Source of the DNA: an uncultured Chthonomonadaceae bacterium
GTDB taxonomy: Bacteria > Armatimonadota > Chthonomonadetes > Chthonomonadales > CAJBBX01
NCBI GenBank assembly: GCA_964429855.1
Contig: CAYSDM010000012.1
Location: forward strand, 4,203-68,202
DNA length: 64,000 bases
Direction: 5' to 3'
Both the position numbers and the translations under genes were made by a program. Positions within the stretch are counted from its first letter, which is position 1; every line of letters starts with the position of its first letter. The notes under the pieces were generated by a model. The model made no database searches. It was given only the letters and a program-made list of their open reading frames with translations, and was not told the DNA's origin. Positions 57,135-64,000 of the stretch are shown piece after piece.

Positions 57135-58355
57135 CTAGCCCTTGCGATGCCGCAGCGACCAGTACATACGAGACTGCAAGCCGTGTGTCTTGACGATGCC
57201 GACGCTTTCGGACTGGTCGAAGGTCTTGCTGTCGAAGGAGGCGAGATCCTCGTTATAGAGCGCCCATTCGCTGGCGCGTCCGACGACCACTGCGCTGCCT
57301 TTCGCAAGGCGCATCGTCACGGTTCCGGTCACGCGCTCCTGAATCTTGTTGATGAAGGCCTCCAGGTCCTCTTTGAGCGGATCGAACCACAGCCCCTTAT
57401 ACGCCAGTTCGCCCCACTCCCGGTCTACCATCGCCTTGAACTTCAGTTCCGCCTGCGTGCCGACCAGCGCCTCCAGCGCGCGGTGCGCCGCCAGAATGAC
57501 GACGGCGGCGGGGCACTCGTAGTTTTCGCGCACCTTCAGACCGAGCATTCGGTCTTCCATGATATCCACTCGCCCGACGCCGTGCTCTCCGGCAATCTTA
57601 TTCAGCGCGGTCACCAGTTCCAGCCCGGACATCTTTGACCCGTCCAGCGAGACCGGAACGCCGTTCTCAAACCCGATGGTCAGCATACGCGGCTCGTTCG
57701 GAGTATCGGCGAGGCTGCGCGTCCACTGAAATATCTCTTCCGGCGGCGCGTAGTCCGGCTCTTCCAGACGCCCGCCCTCGATGCTGCGCCCCCACAGGTT
57801 CTCGTCTATGCTCCAGATTTTATCTTTCGTCTGCGGGATATTGAGACCGTGCGCGTTGGCATAGTCAATCTCCTCGCTGCGAGTCCAGGGTTCGCGGCGA
57901 CCCTCCGGCAGCAGACGCCCCTCGCGCATCGGCGCGATGATCCGCATCTCCGGCGTGAGCGTTCGCATGATGTACTCGATGCGAAACTGATCGTTACCCT
58001 TGCCGGTGCATCCGTGCGCGTAAGCCTGCGCTCCCACGCGCCGGGCAACTTCCACCGCCTTCAGCGCGATCAGAGGACGGGCGATACTGGTGGAGATCGG
58101 GTATCCCTGGTAGTCGCCATTGGCGCGTACCGCCAGCCAGCAGTAACGCTCCACAAATTCGGCTTTTGCATCTACGGTGTAGTGTTCCGTGCCGAGGGTT
58201 TTTGCGCGCTCTTCCGCCTGACGGATGTCCTCGGCGGGCTGACCGACATCCACGGTCACCGTGATGATGTGGTCGAAGCCATACTCTTCTCGCATCAGAG
58301 GAATACAGACGGAGGTGTCCAGACCTCCAGAGTAGACGAGGACAACGGTGGGCAT
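57135..58355 (-). CDS. argG: argininosuccinate synthase
   Basis: VVLVYSGGLDTS ATP-pyrophosphatase motif. I prefer ATG 58355 (MPTVVLVYSGG...), which has AAGGA upstream. The track ORF starts at 58376. Confidence 0.93.
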   Translation of the reverse strand: MPTVVLVYSGGLDTSVCIPLMREEYGFDHIITVTVDVGQPAEDIRQAEERAKTLGTEHYTVDAKAEFVERYCWLAVRANGDYQGYPISTSIARPLIALKAVEVARRVGAQAYAHGCTGKGNDQFRIEYIMRTLTPEMRIIAPMREGRLLPEGRREPWTRSEEIDYANAHGLNIPQTKDKIWSIDENLWGRSIEGGRLEEPDYAPPEEIFQWTRSLADTPNEPRMLTIGFENGVPVSLDGSKMSGLELVTALNKIAGEHGVGRVDIMEDRMLGLKVRENYECPAAVVILAAHRALEALVGTQAELKFKAMVDREWGELAYKGLWFDPLKEDLEAFINKIQERVTGTVTMRLAKGSAVVVGRASEWALYNEDLASFDSKTFDQSESVGIVKTHGLQSRMYWSLRHRKG

Positions 58356-58436
58356 GGTAGAGTTCCTTTCAGTCATCGGTCCTGTTGGATGGCATGAAAG
58401 GGTTATACCACTCGATTCGCGCGGTTGGCAAGGGGG

Positions 58437-59909
58437 TCATTCGCTTTTGGTCGCTTCCAGCCGATCTATGATCTCACCGTCCGGGGCGGCGGCTTCAAAA
58501 ATCAGCGACGCGCCGTCGAGGTGAAAGATGCCCACATGATGACGGCGAATCACCCGATCCATCACGGGCGTTTCGGAGAGGAGACCCTCTTCTATGCCGC
58601 CGCCTCCGCCGCCGACAATGAAATAGTGGGTCGTCTGCCTGCCGAAGCGGAGCGTCAGCCGCTCATAGTCGTGCGTGTGACCGGAGATGACCGCGTCTAT
58701 ACCGTAAGGTTCCATCAGAGGCGCAAGCATCTCCCGGATGGGCAGGTCGCCCGTATACTCATACCAGCCCTGAGAGTAGGGAGGCTGATGAATCAGCAGA
58801 AACCGCCAGACGGCGCGGCTCCATGCCGGGGACTGGAGTTCGCGAAGAAACCAGCGATACTGTTCTGAATCGAGAGGAACGCCGGTAGGGTAGTGAAGGT
58901 TTGGATCGAGCGCGATAAAACGGGCATGACCGCACGACCAGGCGGCGTAACGCTCTCCGGTGCGGTGGCGGGCATATCTCTCCAGCCAGGGAGAGCGCAT
59001 CGTCTCAAAGCAGCCATCGTACTCATGATTGCCGCCGATCAGGATCACAGGTATCTCGGAGGCAAGCGGGTGCAGCGTCTTCAGGAGGCTTTGCCAGTGG
59101 ATCTGCCGGTCTCCCTCCTCCACCATATCGCCGACCGCCGCCACGAATGCCGGAGAGCGTGAGCGCAGTAGTTCTGTCAGAAGGCTGAGAATCTCCCAGC
59201 GATTCTGTGAGTCGGCGATAACGCCGAAGGAGAACGCGCCGCGCTCCGGCAGCGTTCTAAAGCGATATTCCGCCGAGAGGCGCGTTCCGACGCGAATCCG
59301 GTAGACGCCCTCGCTTCCCGGAGGCAGCCCTTCCAGGCGAGCGAAATGCAGGCTCCCTTCGTTCTGCGCCGCCGCCGTCTGCTCGCCGAAGCGCTCCTCG
59401 CCCCATTCAACGACGGTTTTGCAGGGAGAGGCGGTCTCCCATACCACCGTAACGCCGCGGGAGTCTGGCTCCTGCAAATAGGGACCGACGAGAATCGCAG
59501 GAGTGTTCAGACTGCCTTCCACTTCGCGCTGCGCCTTCTCTTCGGCTTCGCGCTCCCGCAGGTAGTCGTCCAGCGGGATTGCCTGTATCTCTTCCAGTCC
59601 GCCGTACATCGCCTTGTTCAGCACGCGCACCGTCAAGCGGGCTGGCTCCAGAACGGCAGGCAGAAAAAAGACCCCGTTCCGCATCGGTATCCGGGTCTCA
59701 TTCAGGTAGACCTGCGCGCCGTCGTCCGCCCGAATCTTCAATACGCATGGCTGCGGGAAACGCGCCTCCGCCACATACCAGTAGGGCGTATCCGGAGCTA
59801 GCAGGCGGTGCGGCAGGGAGACCGGTTCGCGGTGAGCGGGAAGACGGTCGAGCGTGGTATTCAGTCCCTCCGAAGGACTACCCAGGGCGAACGTCCAGGC
59901 GGAGATCAC
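58437..59909 (-). CDS. cytosolic calcineurin-like metallophosphoesterase, purple-acid-phosphatase type, with extra N-terminal beta-domain
   Basis: The Pur_ac_phosph_N-like segment GPYLQEPDSRGVTVVWET is followed by IADSQ, GDMVEEGD, GNHEYD and GHTHDYER. No signal peptide. The GTG start overlaps the upstream stop as GTGA (59906-59909). Confidence 0.85.
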   Translation of the reverse strand: MISAWTFALGSPSEGLNTTLDRLPAHREPVSLPHRLLAPDTPYWYVAEARFPQPCVLKIRADDGAQVYLNETRIPMRNGVFFLPAVLEPARLTVRVLNKAMYGGLEEIQAIPLDDYLREREAEEKAQREVEGSLNTPAILVGPYLQEPDSRGVTVVWETASPCKTVVEWGEERFGEQTAAAQNEGSLHFARLEGLPPGSEGVYRIRVGTRLSAEYRFRTLPERGAFSFGVIADSQNRWEILSLLTELLRSRSPAFVAAVGDMVEEGDRQIHWQSLLKTLHPLASEIPVILIGGNHEYDGCFETMRSPWLERYARHRTGERYAAWSCGHARFIALDPNLHYPTGVPLDSEQYRWFLRELQSPAWSRAVWRFLLIHQPPYSQGWYEYTGDLPIREMLAPLMEPYGIDAVISGHTHDYERLTLRFGRQTTHYFIVGGGGGGIEEGLLSETPVMDRVIRRHHVGIFHLDGASLIFEAAAPDGEIIDRLEATKSE

Positions 59910-62773
59910 TGACTGACCTCTGTGCCCAGCGCGCGAATCTGCTCCACAACTGCCAGCGTGCGTGCGGAGGGAGCCAGAGCAAGTTCCTCCCGCAGCGCCT
60001 CCCGGCAGGTCTCATAGGCGCGCAGCGCCTCGGCGCGCCTTCCCTGACGGGACAGCGCCACCATCCGCAGGCGGCACGCGCTTTCCAGACAGGGATCTAC
60101 CGCCAGCAGTCGTTCGGTAAATCGCTCGACTTCTGACCAGTTCTCGGCGCGATGCGCGTAGCGCGCCAGCGTCAGCAGCACCGCTGTATGCAGGTCTGCC
60201 AGCCGCCTCCGCTCCTCCTCTACCCACTCCGCCGTCCGCTCCTCCGGCAGCAGTTCGCCGCGATAGAGCGCGTCCGCCTGGAGAAGAGACTGCTGTACCG
60301 AGTCGGTAAATCCGGTCGCTTCGTGGACGGTCGACTCCGCGACCAGCCTGCGAAACGCGATCACGTCTACCTCAATGCCCGCCTGCGTGTGCAGGCAGAT
60401 CGCATCGCGGCTGATGCTCAGGAAGGTCTCGCTCTCCCCCAGCGGAGCCAGAACCGTCCGCGTCTCCGAAAGGGCTTTACGCAGGGCGTGCTGTGCGGCG
60501 GCTGCCTCTAATTGAGGCCAGAGCAGTTCACTGAGAAGGGCGCGCGGAGCGGGAATATCGGGATGCAGGCAGAGATATTGCAGCAGCATCCGATGAGAGC
60601 GACGACTCCATCCCGGCAGGCGCAGCGACGGATCGGCAGGCTCCAGCGAAAAGCCTCCCAGCAGACGCACAGAGAGACGAGGCGGGGAATTGGAAGCGCG
60701 CGTCTGTTTTGGAGAGAAGAGCAGGGTCGGGTTCGGGGCTGCCGTCTCCCCAAACGTGACCGCGTGCGCGGGAGCAGAAACAATCGCCGGGGCAGCCGCC
60801 TCTTCGCGCTTCTCCTCCAACTCATCCAGCCGGGCGCGCGCGGAAGCCAGGGCGCGTTGATCTCCCACCGCCTCATAGTCCTCCAGACTGCGAGTATAGA
60901 GACGCCGTGCCTGTTCCCGGTCGCCGCGCTGCGCGGCGATGTCCGCCAGTCCCGACGTCACGGTCGCCAGCCCGCACCGGTCGCCAATCTGTTCATAGAG
61001 CGCGCCGCAGCGCAGATAGAGCCGTTCTGCGCGCTCAAGGTCGCCCTGATCGGCGGTGACATCTGCCAGATTATTCAGGGCGATGGCGGCGCGATGCAGA
61101 TCGTTCAGTCGCTGATAGACGCTCCACGCCTCTTCCAGCAGACGCGCAGCTTCCGTATAGTCACCGCGTTTTCGTGCAAGCAGCGCCAGATTGTTGATGG
61201 TCGCGCCAATGCCCGGCTCATCACCGAGCGCGCGCCGAAGCGCCAGGCTCTTCATGTGGCATATGGCAGCCTCCTCCGGCTCTCCAAGCACATCCGCCAC
61301 ATTTCCCAGATTGTTGAGGGCGCGGGCAACCCCCGCCTGATCGTTCTGATCGCGCCAGAGGGTCAGCGCCTCCTCATAGAGCGGGCGCGCGCGGGCATGT
61401 TCGCCATGCAGGCAGAGCAGACTCCCGTAGTCGCTCAAAAGCTGCGCCAGCATCTGTAACTCTCGCAGGTTTCGCGCTCCCTCAACGGCGTGGCGGAGGT
61501 GTTCCGCCCCTTCCCGGAAAGGTCCGCGTATCTTCCAGAATTGCGCCGTCGCCGCGCCGAAAGCCGCCATCAACGCCGATTCGCCGCGCTGCTGCGCCCA
61601 TGTCATTGCGGCGCGCAGATTGTCCAGCGATTCCGCCTGCCGCGCCAGCGCCTCCGTCTGTGCGCCTTCGCGCATCTTTGCCTCGACCGCGCGCGCCACT
61701 GCCAGAAAACGGGAGGCGTGACGCTGCGTGGTCTCCTCCCACTCTCCGGCCGCCTGCGCCTGCCCGCCCGCATAGACCCGCAGGATCTCCAACATCCGGT
61801 AACGCGGCTCTCCCTCGCGCTCCTCCATCATCAGCAGCGAGTGTTCGCAGAGCGTCTCCAGAATCGGCTCTATCTCGATCCCGGCGCAGACCGCCGCCGC
61901 GTCTTCCCGATCAAAGCCGCCGCGAAAAACCGCCAGCGACCGGAATACGCGCTGCTCGGTCGGGGAAAGCATCGCATATGACCAGGCGATAGCTCCCTCC
62001 AGCGACTGCATCCGCCCGATGCCGCCGGTCAGACTCTCCTGAAGAAAGTAGTGTCCCGCCTCCAGATCGGCGAGCATCTGGCGAACGCTCTGCTGACGTA
62101 TTCGAGCGGCGGCAATCTCCAGCGCAAGCGGCAGACCATCCAGCCGACGGCAGAGCGCGGCAATCTCCTCCATTCGTTCCGGTGAAGGTCTCCAGCCTAG
62201 GTGGGCGGACTGTGCGCGTTTGACAAAAAGCTCCACGCTGTCGGTCTGTTCGCTGGCGACCGGAACGGGCAGCGGGGAGATGCGCATCACGCTCTCTCCC
62301 AGCGTTCGGAGCGGCAGCCTGGATGTGACCAGAACGCGCAGGCGTGGGCAGTCCAGGAGCAGGCGAACAATTTCCGGGGCAGCTTCGCGCAGATGCTCGC
62401 AGTTATCCAGCAGAAGCAGCACACGGTGATCACGCAGGGCGTCGCGGGCGACCGCAAGCGTTTCAGGGTTGGTGGAGGGGGGCAGTCCGATGGCTTCGCA
62501 AAGGAGGTCGCCAAAATGGGAGGGGTCGCTCAGGCGAGTGAGTTCCACAAAGAAGGCGCCGTCCGGGAACTGCGCTATTGCCTGTCGGGCGGCTTCGATG
62601 GCAAGGCGAGTCTTGCCCACTCCGCCCGGACCGACGAGTGTCAACAGACGCGCTTCCGGATCCGCCAGCAGCCGCGACAACTGCTGCAACTCCTGCCTGC
62701 GTCCCACGAAACCGGTTAACGGCGTGGGAATCGTACCGCGCAACCGCAGCATGAGAGTCCTCCCGTTCGTCAT
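59906..62773 (-). CDS. STAND-type regulator: NB-ARC-like ATPase - TPR array - C-terminal SARP module (OmpR-type wHTH plus BTAD)
   Basis: Walker A is GPGGVGKTRLA; Walker B is VLLLLDNCEH. TPR units such as ARALNNLGNVADVLGEPEEA are present. The C-terminus has VRLLGGFSL...LLQYLCLHP...LLSELWP, then a BTAD-like LYRGELLPEE...RAYETCREALREELALAPS. Confidence 0.85.
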   Translation of the reverse strand: MTNGRTLMLRLRGTIPTPLTGFVGRRQELQQLSRLLADPEARLLTLVGPGGVGKTRLAIEAARQAIAQFPDGAFFVELTRLSDPSHFGDLLCEAIGLPPSTNPETLAVARDALRDHRVLLLLDNCEHLREAAPEIVRLLLDCPRLRVLVTSRLPLRTLGESVMRISPLPVPVASEQTDSVELFVKRAQSAHLGWRPSPERMEEIAALCRRLDGLPLALEIAAARIRQQSVRQMLADLEAGHYFLQESLTGGIGRMQSLEGAIAWSYAMLSPTEQRVFRSLAVFRGGFDREDAAAVCAGIEIEPILETLCEHSLLMMEEREGEPRYRMLEILRVYAGGQAQAAGEWEETTQRHASRFLAVARAVEAKMREGAQTEALARQAESLDNLRAAMTWAQQRGESALMAAFGAATAQFWKIRGPFREGAEHLRHAVEGARNLRELQMLAQLLSDYGSLLCLHGEHARARPLYEEALTLWRDQNDQAGVARALNNLGNVADVLGEPEEAAICHMKSLALRRALGDEPGIGATINNLALLARKRGDYTEAARLLEEAWSVYQRLNDLHRAAIALNNLADVTADQGDLERAERLYLRCGALYEQIGDRCGLATVTSGLADIAAQRGDREQARRLYTRSLEDYEAVGDQRALASARARLDELEEKREEAAAPAIVSAPAHAVTFGETAAPNPTLLFSPKQTRASNSPPRLSVRLLGGFSLEPADPSLRLPGWSRRSHRMLLQYLCLHPDIPAPRALLSELLWPQLEAAAAQHALRKALSETRTVLAPLGESETFLSISRDAICLHTQAGIEVDVIAFRRLVAESTVHEATGFTDSVQQSLLQADALYRGELLPEERTAEWVEEERRRLADLHTAVLLTLARYAHRAENWSEVERFTERLLAVDPCLESACRLRMVALSRQGRRAEALRAYETCREALREELALAPSARTLAVVEQIRALGTEVSQ

Positions 62774-62951
62774 GCAGGTTACACATCGGCTTACGCTTCT
62801 CCTGCCTGCGGCGCGTTCTTTACCAGACAGCGCCGGTCTATCCGGCGCGCTTACTCTGAACCTGCCTGATAAAAATGCCGATAATCAGCCTGTCTGAATC
62901 ACGCTCGCGTTTCTCGCAGGTTCCCCCCTGCGTCTGTTGAGGAGGAGAGAG

Positions 62952-63236
62952 ATGCACTGGAGATGCCTCTGGTGGGTCACCGCCGTTTTGCTGGTGATGT
63001 CCGCCGGAATGGCTTTCGCAGATACGCCGCAGACGAATGACGGCCGTCATATATACGATCGTCCGTTACAAATACAATCTTCCGGTAATGATGGAAGACA
63101 TATCTACGACCGACCGCTGACTTCTCAGTTCGTCTCGGAGGAGGAGGCGCTGTTCTTTGTCTGGATCGCCTTCCCGACCTGGATGCCGCCCTGCTGGCAG
63201 GCATCGCAGGTCGCTGTCGGCGGGATCGCCTTCTGA
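62952..63236 (+). CDS. small secreted protein (94 aa) with two NDGRHIYDRPL repeats and a hydrophobic C-terminus
   Basis: GAGGAGGAG RBS (62939-62947), then ATG 62952. Signal peptide MHWRCLWWVTAVLLVMSAGMAFA. The repeats at 63036-63068 and 63087-63119 encode identical peptides but differ at 9 of 33 nt, all synonymous. Confidence 0.65.
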   Translation: MHWRCLWWVTAVLLVMSAGMAFADTPQTNDGRHIYDRPLQIQSSGNDGRHIYDRPLTSQFVSEEEALFFVWIAFPTWMPPCWQASQVAVGGIAF

Positions 63237-63445
63237 TCCTGATCCATTGGCGTCTATTCAGGGATTCAGGCTGTCGGAACGTCTTTCCCGATCCGCCTGA
63301 ATCTCCTGAAAGCGATTCCTCTTTTCTCCCGTCTCCCGATGCTGTTGTCCCCGCGTTCCCATAAGCAGGAGATTTGCTCTCTCAGATGCAAATAGAGGAG
63401 CAAACCGCTGCGTTCTGGTTTGCGTCTGTCTCTATGTAGCCTGAA

Positions 63446-64000
63446 ATGCATCCTCTCACATCCCTGGAATCGGATAGATTGCGCTTCGGTCTGCCGGCGT
63501 GGTATCGGTGGGCAGGTTGGCTGGCGACTCTGGGAGGCGCGGCTACTCTGGTTCTCTATCTGCTGCTGCCGACAACCGAGCAGACCTGGCGACCCGCGCT
63601 TATCGTGGGAGCCTGCACGCTGTTTATCCTTGCGTGCGGGCTGGTTCTCTGGAATGAATCTCTGGAGATCCTCCCGCAGGAAAAGGCCTTCGTCTATGAA
63701 CGGGGCTTCTGGCTTCTTCGGAAGCGGCGGCAGGGCAGCGCCAACGAATTCCGGCGGTTGATCCAGCAGACGGTGGAGCATACACTTGCCAGCGGAGAGA
63801 GGGAGAAAACGCTGATACTGCGTCTCCAGACCTCCTGGGGACAGGCGACCCTCTGGAAGACGGAAGAGGAGGAAGAGGCGCGGGAGTCCGCTTCGCGTCT
63901 GGCGGCGCGTCTGCGTCTGGCGCTGGAGGAGTCGCCCGCGAACGGTCCCGAGGCGATGCGTCCCGGTCGCGCCGCCTCGCTGCTGACCGCCGGGCTGGTG
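63446..64000 (+). CDS. hypothetical membrane protein, N-terminal part (runs off the right edge)
   Basis: Absent from the track because it is open at the edge. My translation from ATG 63446 gives MHPLTSLESDRLRFGLPAWYRWAGWLATLGGAATLVLYLLLPTTEQTWRPALIVGACTLFILACGLVLWNES... with no stop to 64000 (185 codons). An in-frame TAG lies 3 codons upstream. Two transmembrane helices. No clear SD. Confidence 0.55.
   Translation, partial: MHPLTSLESDRLRFGLPAWYRWAGWLATLGGAATLVLYLLLPTTEQTWRPALIVGACTLFILACGLVLWNESLEILPQEKAFVYERGFWLLRKRRQGSANEFRRLIQQTVEHTLASGEREKTLILRLQTSWGQATLWKTEEEEEARESASRLAARLRLALEESPANGPEAMRPGRAASLLTAGLV

Noticed and set aside
63372-63404. Alternative hairpins (atttgc/gcaaat versus tttgctc/gagcaaa) that could form an attenuator before the 63446 gene
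   Set aside because: The stems are only 6-7 bp, with no U-tract or conserved context. The evidence is too weak to call a feature.
63266-63781. 171-aa minus-strand ORF and 113-aa plus-strand ORF (63420-63761) downstream of the small repeat protein
   Set aside because: A different plus-strand frame, starting at ATG 63446, stays open to the window end and encodes two clean transmembrane helices. The listed ORFs are Arg/Cys-rich and overlap it out of frame.
1-64000. Looked for tRNA, rRNA or tmRNA genes, transposases, integrases, phage genes, toxin-antitoxin pairs, reverse transcriptases and cas genes
   Set aside because: None were recognised in any intergenic region or ORF translation. The window appears to be core chromosome with no obvious mobile island.

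Overview
GC-rich bacterial chromosomal segment with about 50 protein genes. I recognised no rRNA, tRNA, CRISPR array, transposase or integrase. Two prepilin-type DUF1559 (H-X9-DG) proteins carrying the N-terminal motif [11 protein letters not shown], plus two PSCyt/DUF1549/DUF1553 + DUF1501 gene pairs, suggest an Armatimonadota- or PVC-like organism; this is inference only. Housekeeping genes recognised by signature motifs: ubiE/menG, polyprenyl synthase, mutS2, cdd, glgP-type phosphorylase, argG and argH. Signalling genes: an EAL-CBS-degenerate GGDEF protein, a PilZ protein, a GAF-GGDEF cyclase, an ECF sigma factor with a soluble ZAS anti-sigma, and an NB-ARC/TPR/SARP regulator. The most interesting parts are: (1) a tightly packed 7-gene, 14-kb plus-strand operon (23272-37372) that links a PSCyt1-DUF1549-DUF1553/DUF1501 pair of unknown function to two URO-D-like paralogs, a 1101-aa GH106-like hydrolase, an M60-like/DUF6807 fusion and a TAT-exported Gfo/Idh/MocA oxidoreductase; (2) a small secreted protein (62952-63236) with two 11-aa repeats that differ at 9 of 33 nt, all synonymous, sitting divergent from an NB-ARC/TPR/SARP regulator with inverted domain order that is start/stop-coupled to a cytosolic purple-acid-type phosphoesterase; (3) an orphan near-consensus promoter plus strong intrinsic terminator that define a candidate sRNA of about 125 nt (10550-10678); (4) a modular REP/MITE-like element of about 148 bp, present twice in inverted orientation; (5) a perfect in-frame 30-bp tandem duplication inside a gene. 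Many long ORFs in the track are antisense shadows typical of high-GC DNA, and I rejected them. All family assignments come from motif recognition by eye; no searches were run.
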